64,000 nt of DNA from Camelus dromedarius. Lineage: Eukaryota. Each line of letters begins with the position of its first letter. The first letter of the stretch is position 1. Shown here piece by piece: positions 51,016 through 64,000 of the stretch. The notes beneath the pieces are model-generated. The model did no database searches, had not been told where the DNA came from, and was given only the letters and a program-made list of their open reading frames with translations. Made by a program: the position numbers and the translations under genes. The stretch is from positions 11,534,001-11,598,000 of the forward strand of contig NC_087437.1 in assembly GCF_036321535.1 (NCBI RefSeq), read 5' to 3'.

Positions 51016-52289
51016 AAAAGTTACCATCATGTGAAATGCAAGCTATAAATTGGAAGAACTTTGCAACACCTAAAACTGATAAAAGATTAGTATTCTTTTC
51101 CTTCTCTCCCTCTCTCTCTCTTTCCCCTCGTGCCTCCCCCACCCACACACACATCTGTAAACTAAGACAGAAGAAACAGAGGGAAAATATGAACAGCATT
51201 TCACAAAAAAGGAGGCGTCAATGGTAAATACGTATGAAAAGACATTCAACCTCATGAGAAATCGAGGCAATACTTTTTCAGACCACGATAAGAGAAGTTT
51301 GAGACAGGTGAAATTTAAGAGCCTGACATTAGCAAATGTTGTCCAGGACATGGAGCAACAGGAACTCTATCGCAACACTGAAGGGTGTGTCAACAGGTTC
51401 AATTTCTTTGAAAACTAATTTTGATTTAGCTCGTAAAGAATGCATCTACCCTCTGACCCAGCAATTCTACTCCTAGAGAAACTCTTACCCACAGTCACCA
51501 AGAGAGCTGTGCAAGAAAATTCATAGCAGTATTGCTTGTAATAGCAAATCACTGGAAATAAACTCCTTAACAGGAAATAACCCAAACTTCTATCCATAGA
51601 AGAACATGTAAATAATGTTCACACAACAGAATATTCCACAGCAGAAGTAAATGAGCAAATTCTAGCCTCACACAGTAAATAGATACAGCCTATAAATACA
51701 ATTGTGAATGCAAAAAGAAAAGCAAATTATAGGAAATTATACATGGCATGCTACTATTTTTACAAGGCCCACAGACAAGCTAAATTTTAAAATATTTTTA
51801 TTTAGGGAGATATATATATATACACAATAAATCAAAAAAATTCCTAATGATGAATGTAAAATTTACGAGAAAACTCAGTGGAGGGAAACATGAAGTAGGA
51901 CAAACAAGGAACAATATAAACATAGTCAGTATCAACCCTATTGCAACGTCCTCCTTCCTAAAGTGGGCATTGATTTCATGGGAGATTTATTTCATTATGA
52001 AGTTTCATAGCCTGTATGTATGTTATAACATGTGAATATTTATAAATAAAATAAATTAAGGAGAATAGAGAGAGACATACGCACACTCACCAAGGAAAGC
52101 AGGCCTTCTTAACCCCAGTAAGGCTGACCATGCAGCATTTACAGGTGATCAAGGTGTTAAGGAATATTTTGCTTCTTTCTCTGGACTTCAAGTGGGTTAT
52201 TGGTCAAGCTACAGCTTAAAATGTGTTTCTTTCTGTCTTTCTGGAAATGGGCTGGTCTGTCCAACTTGCCATTAATAATATGCCAATAG

Positions 52290-52650
52290 AGCAATATTAC
52301 AGAGGCATACTTCCCCATAAAGGGAAGGGAACATCTTAACCGTATTCAAGACTATTAAATTCTAACTGCAATACCATGTTCAATCCTTGGAACCATATTT
52401 TGTGAGAAGTATCTGACAAACTAGAGAGTTTCTAGGGGAGGTTAATGTAGACATTGGGATGTCAAAAATCCATTTCACATGAATGCCTGACTAAATTTGA
52501 ACTGAGAAAGAGGAATGATTAGAAATGAGATAGCGGACTTCAAAAATGAAGATGAAATGCTGTCAAGTTTAAAAAACTTTAGCTTTGTTCTGCATATAGA
52601 GTGGCCACCCACTACCAATGGATAGAAATGTATTGAAGCTGATTTAAGCT
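52290..52650 (+). mobile_element. L3/CR1 3' fragment
   Basis: catgttcaatccttggaaccatatttt...tgacaaactagagagtttctaggggagg resembles the CR1 YCVQFWAPH..KDIDKLE region. Confidence 0.6.
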
Positions 52651-52970
52651 TTGAAAATTAAAATATCAGCTCACAGCAGTCAGCAGGATGACTAACTTTG
52701 GATCATGGCCTATTATAGTCCCAAGAATTACCTAGAGCTGTTAAAGAATGTTATCCTTTAAAAGAAAAACAAAGCTTAGAATCTTCTTCCTTCTAACAGA
52801 TTATGTCTTATAATTCAGACCATAGGCTTAGTATATTTTTGGTCTAAAAATCTACTCATACTATATCATATTTATTCCTTGTTACTCCGTTCCAGAGACG
52901 TTGGTAAAGAATGAATGACTCTGGTCCTATGGAACTGACTCTATGGAAGTTGGGCCTATGCTTCTTCAGC

Positions 52971-53477
52971 TGTAGAATAGCACCTCTCTGAATAACAGCC
53001 CCCAAATACATCCATGTTCTAGTCCCTGGAATCTGTGAATGTGTTACCACATACAACAAAAGGGATCTTGCAAATGTGATTAAATTAAGGATTTCATGAT
53101 AAGCAAGTTGTCCTGGATTATTTGGCTGGCCCAGGATAATCACAAAAGTCCTTGTAAGAGGGGTGCAGGAGGCATCAGAGGCAGAGGAAGGACTAGGTGA
53201 TGCTGGAAGCAGAGATTCGAATGCCGTGCTTTGAAGACAGTGGAAGCAGCCGTAAGTCAAAGAAATAGGCGGCCACTAGACGCTCTAAAAGTCCAGGAAA
53301 TGGATTCTCCCTTTAGAGCCTCCAGAAAGAGCCAGGTGTGCAGACCCCTTGACTTTAGTCCTATGGAACTCATTCCAGAATTCTGACCTCCAGATTGTAA
53401 GATCAGGCATCTCTCTTGTTTAAAGTCACTAACTTGTGGTAATTTGTTACTGCAGTGTTACTGCAGAAATGAACACA
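52971..53477 (+). mobile_element. MLT1D solo LTR (inserted in a MIR)
   Basis: tccctggaatctgtgaatgtgttacc...ttgcaaatgtgattaaattaaggat...ggattctccctttagagcctccagaa...tgtggtaatttgttac. Confidence 0.9.
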
Positions 53478-56400
53478 TCATCTCATAGAGTTTTGGTGAG
53501 GACCAGATGAGATACATCGATCAAAAGTTCTTGGCTTCTATGACTGTTACCATGCACCTAATTTACTCAAAATAAAGGTTCAATCTCACGATCAGCTGTA
53601 TTAGTGAGCCCACAGTTATCTTCCCTCACAAGCCATTTTTGTATCTTTGTGTAAATTAACGAGGATGGAGAAGGATTCTGGGCAGGAGTCAGGAGTTCAC
53701 AGCCACTGATGGTGAGGGTCCTGACTGATGCTCAACTTCTCCAGGCCTCAGTCCTCAGCTATGATTAGATGCTAGATCCTTAAGAGCACTAAGATTCGAT
53801 GAATACTTAGGCAGTCCCGTAAATGCTTTCTGAGTCCTCCCTCTCTCACCCTCTCTTCTAGTTTAACCTGTAGCTAATGTCTGAATTCTCGAGTCCCGAG
53901 GGTATCTTTGCTCTGGGCACTGATTAACCAGGCAGGCCTAATTCCATGACTAAAACAAAAAAAGAAGACGAAAAGAGGTCAAGCAGTTCCTAGCTAAAAT
54001 TCATGCTTATTAAAGGTATTCAATGTTTTACAAAGACTGTTCTTAGCAAAACATCCTGGCTTTAGGAGTCCATATAGATTTCCCCTGGGGCCTTCTGTCT
54101 TTAATTCAAGGCTATTACTTTCAAGAACAGAGGTTGCTGGCCATTCCCACCAAGTGTTTTGCCCAGGCTCTTAGCCTCCAAGTGGCAGGACGTTTGACAC
54201 ACTTTCCTTGTTGCTAAAGGTGTAGATAACAGTACTTGGGAATCAAAAATGACCAAAATAGAACAGACACCAAAGTGCTGTTGAACATAACCTTCCTTTC
54301 ATATCTCTGCTTTTTTCCAACTTGTCATGGAGAGAAGGTCTGTGAAAAAGCTTTGCCATCTATAAATTATTCTGCAAATGCAAAGCATTCCTTTTCTAAA
54401 AAAAACTCAGTGTGGGGTTAGATGTCATGATAGACATGGACAAACATTCTGTTACTCCAATGTGAGAAAATCCAGGAAACTTTCTAAAACAGCCACGGAA
54501 GAAGAACAGATCTTAGCTAGAGAAGATGAGAAGGACATTTTGCAGGAGGGAAAAATGATATGTGCAAAGGCAGAAAAGCCTCCTCTACAAATAGAAAGAA
54601 ATTAGTGTCTCTGGCACGTCGTGGGGATGGACAGACAGTAGCAGGAAAGGAGGCTACGGTCGGCCTCTGCCCAGCTGTGGATGCCATGCTGGGCATCTGA
54701 ATTTTACTGTGAAGAGTTCAGCAGTCAAAAAGACACCTATCATCAGGTTTGTGGCATGTTCAGATTTGTTTTTTAGAAAAAAAAAACAAAACCGGTAGAG
54801 GTATCTGAGATGCTAGAGGAGAGGGATGCCTGGAATGAGGGCTCTGGGATGGGGATGGAGGTAAGGTGTGGACAGAGCAACCTTTCATGGAAAACATCTG
54901 GATGTTGGGGGGAAGAGGTCAGGAGAGGCCGGGAGATTTCCCGCGTGGCTCAGTAGGTGCATGCCAGCATCGTTGGCCAAGTCATCAGCAACGGGGTGGG
55001 GAGCATAAGAGAGCAGAGTTTGGAACCACAGACACTAAACTTAGGACACTGGGTGGATGGAAGGTGAAGAAAAACTCAGAACACAAGGGAATAGAGCCAC
55101 TTAGGTCAAGTGAGGCAAAGGATAAAGGAGGTGTGTGGGCAGAGGGACACGGGAGATAAACAAGGAAGGTCAAAAAAGCAAATGTAGAGAAATGAGCGGG
55201 GAGGGGCACCCGTCAGCTGCACAGAGTGAGTGAAGAGTCCAGAAGATTAGGGACCGAAGAGGCAGCGCAGAGCCAACACCACCAGCTTCACACACCCCTC
55301 GATACCGAAAGGCAGAGGAACACCTCCAGGGTCAGGTTTCTTAACAACATATATCCTCATTTCAGTCTTTTTGAGTTTTAAAAAATATATCCGCTTGAGT
55401 AAGTTAGAAAATTAATGAGAGCAATTAGTATTTTTTAGCTTCACCCTGAGCCTGGCTGTCAAAAGTAATAAGAATAATTTTCAAGTGATCAGGAAAGCAA
55501 CCTGCATCTCAGACATGGTGGCACCGCCCTTGAGCACTGATTCTCTGAGGGTGCCGTCCTTGGTTTGGAGCATCCGTTATTCGCGGGATGGGTGGCCCTG
55601 GAAGATCACATCTATCCATCTCTGTTCAGCTTCTTTGAGCAGCTCTGTGCACTTTAAGTATAATTACAATAACGTAGACCTGCTCACATGATGATCAGAG
55701 AATCAGCTAATCAACACTAAAAATAGATCCATCTAGAAACCTCTGCAGTTCCCACATCTGGCCGGTGCAGTAAAATCCACTGGAAAATGGACACCCTTCA
55801 GTCTCATCGCACAGGGTTCATTCTTGAGAGATGAGTCAGTCGCTGCGTCAGTTGCACCAGGCCCTTTTTCTCCACTAAGCATAAAAGGCGGTAAAAGATC
55901 TTCGTTATTTCTCTGGATTTACGCAAAGCCCTGCTGTCTACATGTCCCAAGTCAGAAAGCAAATACAGAGAAGGAGCGGAACAAACTTTTGGGCCCAAAG
56001 AACAATGTTCAGCAGGAAATGGGTTCCCCCTCCTCTGAACTCCTACAGAACTCTGTCCCTCCCTGATGGTACAGACCATCTCCACCTTAAATAGCTTTTA
56101 TTTACATTCAAATCTCAGTCCCCCCACGAGCACAACTGCACCTTAATACAGTATCTGAATAATACCTCATGTTGGTCCAGAGCTTTACATTTTCCTAAGA
56201 TGCCCTCATAATGCACCACCTCCCTTGGCCTTCATGAGCCTGCCCGGGAGGTGGGCGGACACACTCTCCTCACTTTCTACACCAGGACATTCAGACTCAG
56301 AAAGGTTAACTGTCACGAGGCTGTCAGCTTAAGTCCAGAGCTAGGAATTATGCACATTAGTCTATAGTCCCAAACCAGTCCTTCTTCCCCACCAAGCTCT

Positions 56401-56660
56401 TCTGCCTCCTCTCCCACATGCCACATCAGACGCTGTGATCAGCCAGGTGCCCGTTGTGAGAAGGATGTCCAGAGAAAAGAACCAAGGAGCAGAAACATAC
56501 GGCAGCTAAAAAGAGAAAAGGGGATGGAAACCGGCGGACCCGCATGTTTTTCAAGCCTGATAACCCCTGGAACGCTGTTGCTGGATACACGAAGCCTCTG
56601 ACCTCTTCACCTCCATTAGAGTCAGAGAGCATCGCCATTCAGAGAGAGAACAAAAGTAGT

Positions 56661-56695
56661 TGTGTGTGTGTGTGTGTGTGTGTGTGCGCACACAC
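56661..56695 (+). repeat. (TG)13 microsatellite followed by cg(ca)n
   Basis: tgtgtg...tgcgcacacac. Confidence 0.95.
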
Positions 56696-56990
56696 GGGTG
56701 TTCGCTCACACACATTGTGCACTTTCAGGGACAAAGTGATATTATGCGATACTGGAGTGTGGGGGCCCTCGGAGGCCATCTCTTCCAGTGTTGCCAGAAA
56801 GCCAGAGCCTGCGGGGGGAGCTTCTGGCAAAATGACCTTCTCTTCACTCACACTCAGTCCCAGTGTGTGAACCTGGAGAAGTGATATCTCGGCCCAGTTA
56901 CTAGGACCGGGTAAGAGAGCAGATGAAAAGGCAGATGCTCTGTGTGCAGAGGGGCAGGAGGTTAGAAATCATCCAAAGAAAGGCAAAGGC

Positions 56991-57388
56991 GGCGTCCTGG
57001 ATAAGGATCCTCAGACATAAAACCTCAGGTGACAATTCCCGTGTAAGGCAGGGCTCTTACGAGAGCAAGTGAGGGAGTGAGGGAGGTGTGATGGGGCAGA
57101 GAAAGGCAAGGAAGATGTAGGTCAGAAGAAGTCAGCCCCAGGAGACCTGCAGCCTGCATTCCTCCTCAGAGGCTGTCTTGTGCACAGACAAGGGGACTGA
57201 GAAGGCACAGCTCTGCGTCAGCCTGTCATCGGCCAAGGGCTGACCCTGGGAGGGGGCCATCACCTCCCAGGCATCCTTGGATGCGGCAGATGTCATCAGT
57301 CGTGGGCAATTCTATGGGGGAGGATGCAGATGTGAGAAGCTGGCAGGCACTGGGGGTCTGGGTGGTGTGCTAACAGCACCCGCTACAG
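56991..57388 (-). mobile_element. LTR16-like ERVL solo LTR
   Basis: gtcctggataaggatcctcag...agtgagggagtgagggag...tcagcctgtcatcggccaagggctg...aacagcacccgctaca. Confidence 0.6.
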
Positions 57389-58611
57389 ACAGCGTCTCAC
57401 ACCTGAAGAATCTGCATTCCTAACTCATTAATTAGAGAACTAATTAAGAGGTGGATGCCTTCTTCTGGAGAATTTCGGCAACCCGGGGGAGCCAATCCTC
57501 TACCTAGAAACATACCGTGTTACTTCCTTCTTTATAAAACCATATACATGACTTCCTGTATTCTACTTTTAATGAAACTTTCCAGGCTTTTAGCTATGCG
57601 TATTGGTGTCTTCTGGTCCATCACTGACACACTGTGACAATGCACACAAAAGACTCCATGAATCTGCCTTCCTCTACCCAAACCTCTATTTGTACATCTC
57701 AGGGATCATGGGCTCAATAACTCCAAAGGCAGCCCAGTCTATGTTGCTATTAAGTACATACTTTTACATTTCCTTAATGTACAGGGAAATAGAATTTTGC
57801 TTTTCATATAAGATTAAATTATATAATGCACATATATATTTATATATATAAAGCAAAAATCTACTTCCCTGTAACTTTCACTCACCAAAGTCTTGGAAAG
57901 GAAGTCTCATCCCCAGATAACTTCTCTTCCACAGGGAAAATATCCCTGCCCAGTTATTCCACAGTATTGTACGTGAAGGCAGGTCTGCTCACCCATCTGA
58001 TTCTTGCCCAGTGGAGAAATTCCAGTTTGTCTTTGACCCCATTGAAGAGGTGCCCAGAACTCCCCAACCCTCTAGGAGTGGCGTGACCCACATAAACAAA
58101 GGAGGACTATTCTTGCTCTGTACACAGCAGTTCAATGAATAGAGTTTAAAATTAACTTCATGATTCAAAGAAGCTCACACGCCCCAATATACCACTGACT
58201 TATACCAACTTGCTAGCAACGAATGTACATATTTTTGCATATGCTGTCTGTCTCACCCCATCCCTAGTTTTTAGATTGATTTATTTTTCTCTTTTCTTAC
58301 TTAATGATAGGCTTTTATACCTATTCAACTAAAGTTCATCTTGTTAGAGTTGGCTTATCATCATTTCAACCTGAAATGATCCCTTTGGAGCCTAGTTCTG
58401 TTACTCAAAGTACATGCTGTGCTTCCAGGCTTCATGTCCATCACAACTTTGATAAATACACAATCTGTAGCCTCACTAAGATTATTGCTATAAAACAATA
58501 CCTTGATAGGGTCAAGGGAGGACTCTTATAGTCTACAGTTAGTGACTACCCTCCCAGGAGCCACTGTAGCTTTCCCATAGCCTAATTCATGCTGTTCCAA
58601 GACCCAGTCTA

Positions 58612-58699
58612 GCAGGGAGGCTATAGCTCAAGTGGTAGAGTGCATGCTTAGCATGCATGAGATCCTGGGTTCAATCCCCAGTACCTCCCTTAAAAAAAA
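58612..58699 (+). mobile_element. short vic-1-type SINE (tRNA-Ala(AGC)-derived body + poly(A))
   Basis: tatagctcaagtggtagagtgcatgcttagcatgcatgagatcctgggttcaatccccagtacctcc; TSD aagacccagtcta at 58599-58611 and 58700-58712. Confidence 0.93.
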
Positions 58700-58921
58700 A
58701 AGACCCAGTCTAAATTCGACAATGAATTTACTTTGTCAGATATGTATTCTGATATGTTGAGTTTTGAAGAAAGCAAAATAATTAATTTTTAATAAAATAT
58801 AGGCACTTACATTAATTTAGTAGAATATAAAAACAGACTATGAAGCTGATAATAGTTTTAGGAATAAACATACTCCAAGGAGACAGAAAATTGTTTCCTT
58901 CCATTTAAAAGAGGATGACAA

Positions 58922-59060
58922 GGGGGGAGGGTATAGTCCAGTGGTAGAGTGCTTGCTTAGCATGCACGAGGTCCTGGGTTCAGTCCCCAGCACCTCCATT
59001 TAAAAATAAATAAATAAACCTAATTACCTCTCCACTAAAAATTAAAAAAAAATTAAAAAT
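58922..59060 (+). mobile_element. vic-1-type camelid SINE
   Basis: gggagggtatagtccagtggtagagtgcttgcttagcatgcacgaggtcctgggttc...aataaacctaattacc; degenerate TSD aaaagaggatgacaa / aaaggaggacaacaa. Confidence 0.93.
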
Positions 59061-59178
59061 AAAGGAGGACAACAAATCTGGGGAGGCCAAAGGTGGGTCC
59101 TGGGTGGGGACACATGGACTGCATTCGTACTAAGGAAAATAGGTGGTAGGTGATAAGAGAAGACAAGACTAACAGACT

Positions 59179-59696
59179 GCATTATTTCTCTACTGCTGCG
59201 TAACAAATGACCATAAACTTAGTAGCTAAAACAACAAAATTTTTCACCCAGTTGTTTCCATGGGTCAGACCATGGGTCAGGTAAGCTCAGCCCCCTGCTC
59301 AGGATCTCATCAGGCTGAAATCAAGGTGTTGGCTGGGGCTGCAAATTCATCTGAGGTATGGGGTCCCCTTCAAGGCTCACTGGTGATTGATGGAATTTAG
59401 TTCCTTGCATCCTCGCAAGATTGAGATTTGCATTTTCCTGCTGGCTGCCAACTGGGGGCACGTGCTCTGAGCTGCTAAAGGCCCCCTGCCATCCCTGGAA
59501 GCAGTTTGCTTCCTGAAAGCCAGCAGCAGAATCTCTCTCCTCCTTCTGCTGAGATGGGATCTTATGTAAAGTGGTCAAGAGAGTGACCACCCCATCGTCT
59601 TCACAGGTCCCATCCAGAGCAAAGAAAGGGGATTAGGGAGGCATGCACATGAGGGCATGGGAATCTCAGGGCCGTCTCAGATCCCCACCTCTCACA
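59179..59696 (-). mobile_element. MLT1E/F-like MaLR solo LTR
   Basis: ctgctgcgtaacaaatgaccataaacttagt...aggctgaaatcaaggtgttggctggg...ttagttccttgca. Confidence 0.85.
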
Positions 59697-60524
59697 GTGA
59701 TGAACAGGGCCAGGCACAGTGAAGGGCGGTGGCAGGAGAGGGGCCGGAGAGGCCCTCTGTGCCCTGATGTGGAGACTGAACTTTCTCCTGGAAGCAGTGG
59801 AGGCATATGGACCGATGCCTCTCCCTCAGGGGAGGTACAGGAAAATGTTGCAAGTGGCAGAGGTTAAGAAAGTGTTCTAGGATTCACAGAAGTCTAAGAG
59901 AATAGCATCGAACGAACCGAGGCAAGAAACATAAAGCACAGCGTGGGCACCTGAATCACCCGTTCACAGTTTATCACCTCACTTGGGACAGGACGACGTG
60001 AGAAAGCAAACCTTCAGCTTGCTCTGTGGCTGCTATGACGAGCTGTGCCCGTCCCACACCAGACAGAAAAAAACAAAAATATTTCGCATCATTCTAGAAC
60101 CTTCTCCAAACAGAAGGATCCTATTTAAATCCTAAAATTAAAAAAAAAAATTGTTAAAGACTTGCTCCTGTTCTTGTACGTTTCTGGCTCCCTCGAGAAA
60201 ACATGTTTCTCTCTGATTTTGGAATACAGCTGTCCGTGGATGTGAGGACCAAACAGATAGGATGAGCATGTATGTAAGGAACTGTATTTTTTCCAATATG
60301 GATTTTGAACAGGTTCACTGTAATGTCATGGTCTGTTTTTTTTTTCTTTAAATACCTGCTGAATCCTTTATTCAGAGTGTCTAGTTCTCCTAAAGGCTTG
60401 ACCCCACTCCAAACATTACAAATAAAAACACTTTATGTTCAGTTTTCCTTTGAGTTTTCCATTCACAACTTTGTCCACTGTAACCTTGAGGACAACCACA
60501 GTATTTATTATTAAATATAATGGT

Positions 60525-60700
60525 GACAATAGCTAACTAAGACCTACTTTACTGCCTGGCAGGTGCTGTTCTCAGAGTTTCACATTCTCACACTCAGATG
60601 AGGAAACTGTGGCGCAGAAAGTCGAAGTGACTTGTTGGGGATTACATAAAATGTTAATGGTGGAGCTCAGCTGTGAACACAGGCAGAATGGTCTGCAATA
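60525..60700 (-). mobile_element. MIR SINE
   Basis: aatagctaac...cagatgaggaaactgtggcgcagaaagtcgaagtgacttg. Confidence 0.75.
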
Positions 60701-60889
60701 GTTCCCAGCCTTGGACTGAAAACAGACAGCAGCTACTCTCTGAAAGGGGCCGTTTGAGGCACTCGAGAAATGATCGCTGACAACCAGTGACTCCCTGTGA
60801 GGTGGCAAAGTCAAAAGTACATAAAAATTAAAGTCTGATCACTGTGAGGTTATGTTGCAGGTATGAAGGGCACAGAAACAGTAGGATAA

Positions 60890-63780
60890 ATAAATCCAAA
60901 AGGTAGTTCTTTAACATAAATCAAATAAATATCAGAATTCTACAATCAACCAAGAAAAAAAAGAGAAGCACAGATGTTAAGATTTTATAAATCATGAATG
61001 AATACTGTGCTCAACTCTACACTTATTATTTTAAAAATACTAACAAAAGGATGATTTTTAGCTATAATTTGAATTACTAAAATGGACACAAGCATAAGCA
61101 GACACACCCGAAGAAACCAACTGATTAGAGAAAACAAACAACAAACATAAAAAAAGAAATCTAAAAAGCTGTAAAAGCAGTATCTGTTTCAAAAAATAAT
61201 CAAGGCATAGAAAATTCCACAAGAAACTTCTTTCAAATTCTCAAGGAAAATATAATTCTCATAGGTCCAAACCACAAAAAAAGGTAAAAAAAATCCCCAA
61301 CTATTACATGAAAGTGTCATTTTGATGTCAAAACTAACAAGACAGCATACAAATTCAACTAAAGACCAAATTATTATAAAAATTGATGCAATAATCTGAA
61401 ACAGACACTGAATACAGCAGTGAGTTAAGAAAACACTTCCTCATAACCTAGTGGGCTTTACTCCAAGAACCAGAAGATGATTAAATACTAGGAAATTTTG
61501 TATTACAGTACATCATTTTAATAGATCAAAGGCAAAAATTACACAATAATTTTTAAAAATACGATAGTCTGTATCAAGTCTGGTGAATTGTAAACAATTC
61601 TCATTAGGTATTCACAATATCCTCACAAGAGATTTATATTAGTATCCTCAGGTTACAGTGTAAAGAACTGAAATTGGAAGACGGAAAATACCTCACTCAG
61701 TGATACACAATTTCAGAAGAGGAGGTGTAATTCGAGCCCAGGTCTGTCTCGCCATAAATTCTATGATCTGACTTTCACATTACGTTCTCCTCACAGAGGA
61801 TAACTTACCAAAATAATCAAAAGGCATTTTGTAACATTTCAAAACCCCTTTTTGATTAAAAAAATACTCTCAGCATATTAGGAATGTAATAAAATTTCTT
61901 TAACATGCATGGAAAAACCTACCCTAGCTGTTAAAATCAGAAACAAGGTAAGAATGGAATATCATTAAGTATATTTAACACTGCTGAGGAAATTTGGACT
62001 AATGCTATAAAACATAATTCTGGAATAAGAGGTAAGCTCTTTGGAAAGGTAAAAGAATCATTATTTGGAATAATAAGGCTGTTTACCAAGAAAACTCAGG
62101 GGAACTAGGTGAAAAATGATTATCCCTAATAAACAGAATCAAACCCAAAATACAAAAATCAATAGCTTTTATATAACCACCAATTAGAAAGCAATAGGAA
62201 AAAAAATCTCAAATATAATTAAATAAAAAGTACATAATATCGAGGAATAACTTTAAAAATATGCAGAGCTTGTGTGAGAAAACATTTTTTTCTGTCATAT
62301 CAAATGACTGGAAAAAACAGGCAGATTATGAAATGATTAAAATTGTAAAGATACAAACTCTTCCAAAATAATTCAGTTTGTACATAATTGCATGTAGATA
62401 TATTAGATATTTTTATTTGAAATTTAATTGAACATTCACCTTGAAGAATGCTCAGATGATAATTGCTAAGGTACATTTAAAATACAGAATAGTGAAGGAG
62501 TTAGGGCTTACCATATCAGAAACAGAAATGTGCTACACAAACAGGGAACTACATTCAATATCTTATAATAACCTCTACTGAAAAAAATATGAAAACAAAT
62601 ATATGTATGTATATGCATGACTGGGACATTGTGCGGTACACCAGAAATTGATAACTGTACTGACAATTGTAACTGACTGTACTTTAATGAAAAAAAAGAA
62701 AGGTGATATACAAAATATAATATGGTTCTGCTATAATAACCAACAGATGGTTAAATAAATAGAATAAAGAGCCCAGATACAAAAACGTATATACCAATGT
62801 AATTAAAGATAGACTTAATCACAACTCAATAAAGAGAAAAGGGATTATTTAATAATAAGTGCTGTTGGACTATTTGAATAGTTAAAATTATATCTCTACT
62901 TCATCCAATATGTCAAACTCAATTACAGATGGATTACATACGAAATTAAAAATAAAATTATAAAAGATTATGAAAAATACAGGCTGTTATTTATTAGATA
63001 TTGGGCCAAACAAAGAATTTCCAAATAGAAGTAGTGGAACACATCAGAAAGTATAATAGATCTGACTGCAGGAATAACCATGAAAAAATTCATGTATCAG
63101 CTAGCACAATACTCTAAATTCCAAGGCAAACACCAACCTAGAAAAATAATTGTCAGAGATGTGACATAAAAAGAATCATTAATAGAAACTTCATGAGCAA
63201 AAATGAAGGTCTCAGTGGATAAATGGGCAAAGAACAGGGATCCACAAGTTACATAAGAATTGCCATAAATGTCCGATAAGCACTCAAAACTTTCTCAAGT
63301 GATTAATGCTTATTGCTGCTGAGTGTGAGGAGAGGAAGATACTCTCACACATTGCCAGCTGGAGTGTAAATTAATACCTTTGACCGTGTCTAAGACGAAG
63401 TATAAAAATATTCATGCCCTTTGATTGCATCTACTATCATGTAGAAGCAATTAAGAGGATGGCAAAAGATGAATGCAAAGCATGAACACTCAGCTAGAGT
63501 TATACGTCCCAAAGTGCAATATTATACAGTCATTAATTAATCATGTTTTGAAGACTGTTTCATGCCATGAGAAAATGAAAATGATGTCAGTCAAGTGAAC
63601 ATAAGTAAGATATAAAACTACATCTAGACGATGGTCCTGATTCTGTAATGCAAAAATATATACAGAAAAAAAATTGGAAGAAAGTGTACTAAAATATTAC
63701 AGCGGTTATCTCTAAGTATGAGACTAGGTCATTTTTATTTTCTACAATAAACATCACAATACAATTTATTTCTGAAAGAA
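60890..63780 (+). mobile_element. ancient decayed L1 (L1M/L1ME-like) ORF2-3'UTR
   Basis: Colinear degenerate ORF2 motifs (ttctttcaaattctcaaggaa, aaaaggcattttgtaacatttcaaaaccc, tacaaaaatcaatagctttt, ggattatttaataataagtgctgttggac). Confidence 0.75.
62542..62696 (+). mobile_element. young L1 extreme 3' fragment nested in an old L1
   Basis: cagggaactacattcaatatctt...tgactgggacattgtgc; degenerate TSD agaaatgtgctacacaaa / agaaaggtgatatacaaa. Confidence 0.88.
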
Positions 63781-64000
63781 TATAAAACGCACATCAACGA
63801 TTGACAAGAGAAACAAGAAGCTGGACACATGAGATACAACCTTCTATGGAAATGAGAAGTCTTCCTTTTGTGTCCCTCTAATTTTACTGCACTATCTTAG
63901 GGAACCAGTGGAGTGAGCATCTCCGAAGCCACCTCCACTTCTACAAGGCATCCCGGAAGCCATCTCTCCATCAGATCTGCTGATTTCTTTTCTGCGTCTT

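Larger units (their letters stand above)
49420..52060 (+). mobile_element. old L1 (L1ME-like) ORF2 end/3'UTR, split by younger L1s
   Basis: ttggatccctgtctcctaccatag...aaatatattccagatg; resumes at 51035 with aatgcaagctataaattggaagaac...ctgacccagcaattctactcctag. Confidence 0.7.

Noticed and set aside
58615..58688. Functional tRNA-Ala(AGC) gene
   Set aside because: Poly(A) tail, TSD, stem-breaking substitutions and no oligo-T terminator indicate a SINE/retrocopy
1..64000. CRISPR arrays, rRNA genes, prokaryotic operons
   Set aside because: The sequence is mammalian; no regularly spaced repeats or rRNA motifs were seen

Overview
Mammalian, repeat-rich, apparently non-coding (intronic or intergenic) DNA. 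It is very probably camelid (alpaca/llama/camel), judged by four tRNA-Ala-derived vic-1-type SINEs. No intact protein-coding exon could be recognised: the ORF track is L1 ORF1/ORF2 debris, antisense ORFs of repeats, or chance ORFs. Much of the window is transposable-element debris: young and old L1 fragments (many with visible TSDs), Charlie1a, MER58A, MER20, MER45A, MER5, MLT1/LTR16/ERV1 solo LTRs, MIR, L2 and an ancient L3/CR1. The standout signal is ~20310-21522 (+). Translated by hand across stops and frameshifts, it resembles the C-terminal half of a bornavirus glycoprotein (G) followed by a near-complete matrix (M) gene. A possible L-gene start and TAAAAAAA termination signal lie on the far side of a later L1 insertion (~24070-24168). 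This would be an endogenous bornavirus-like element with the G-M order of carbo-/culterviruses. Other notable items: an L1 with a swapped 3' tail seen twice, a TSD-bounded composite L1 (possible 3' transduction), a multiply rearranged L1, and a TWIST-type double E-box in a putative enhancer. All family names and alignments come from remembered consensus sequences and were made by eye; no search was run, and repeat boundaries without TSDs are approximate.
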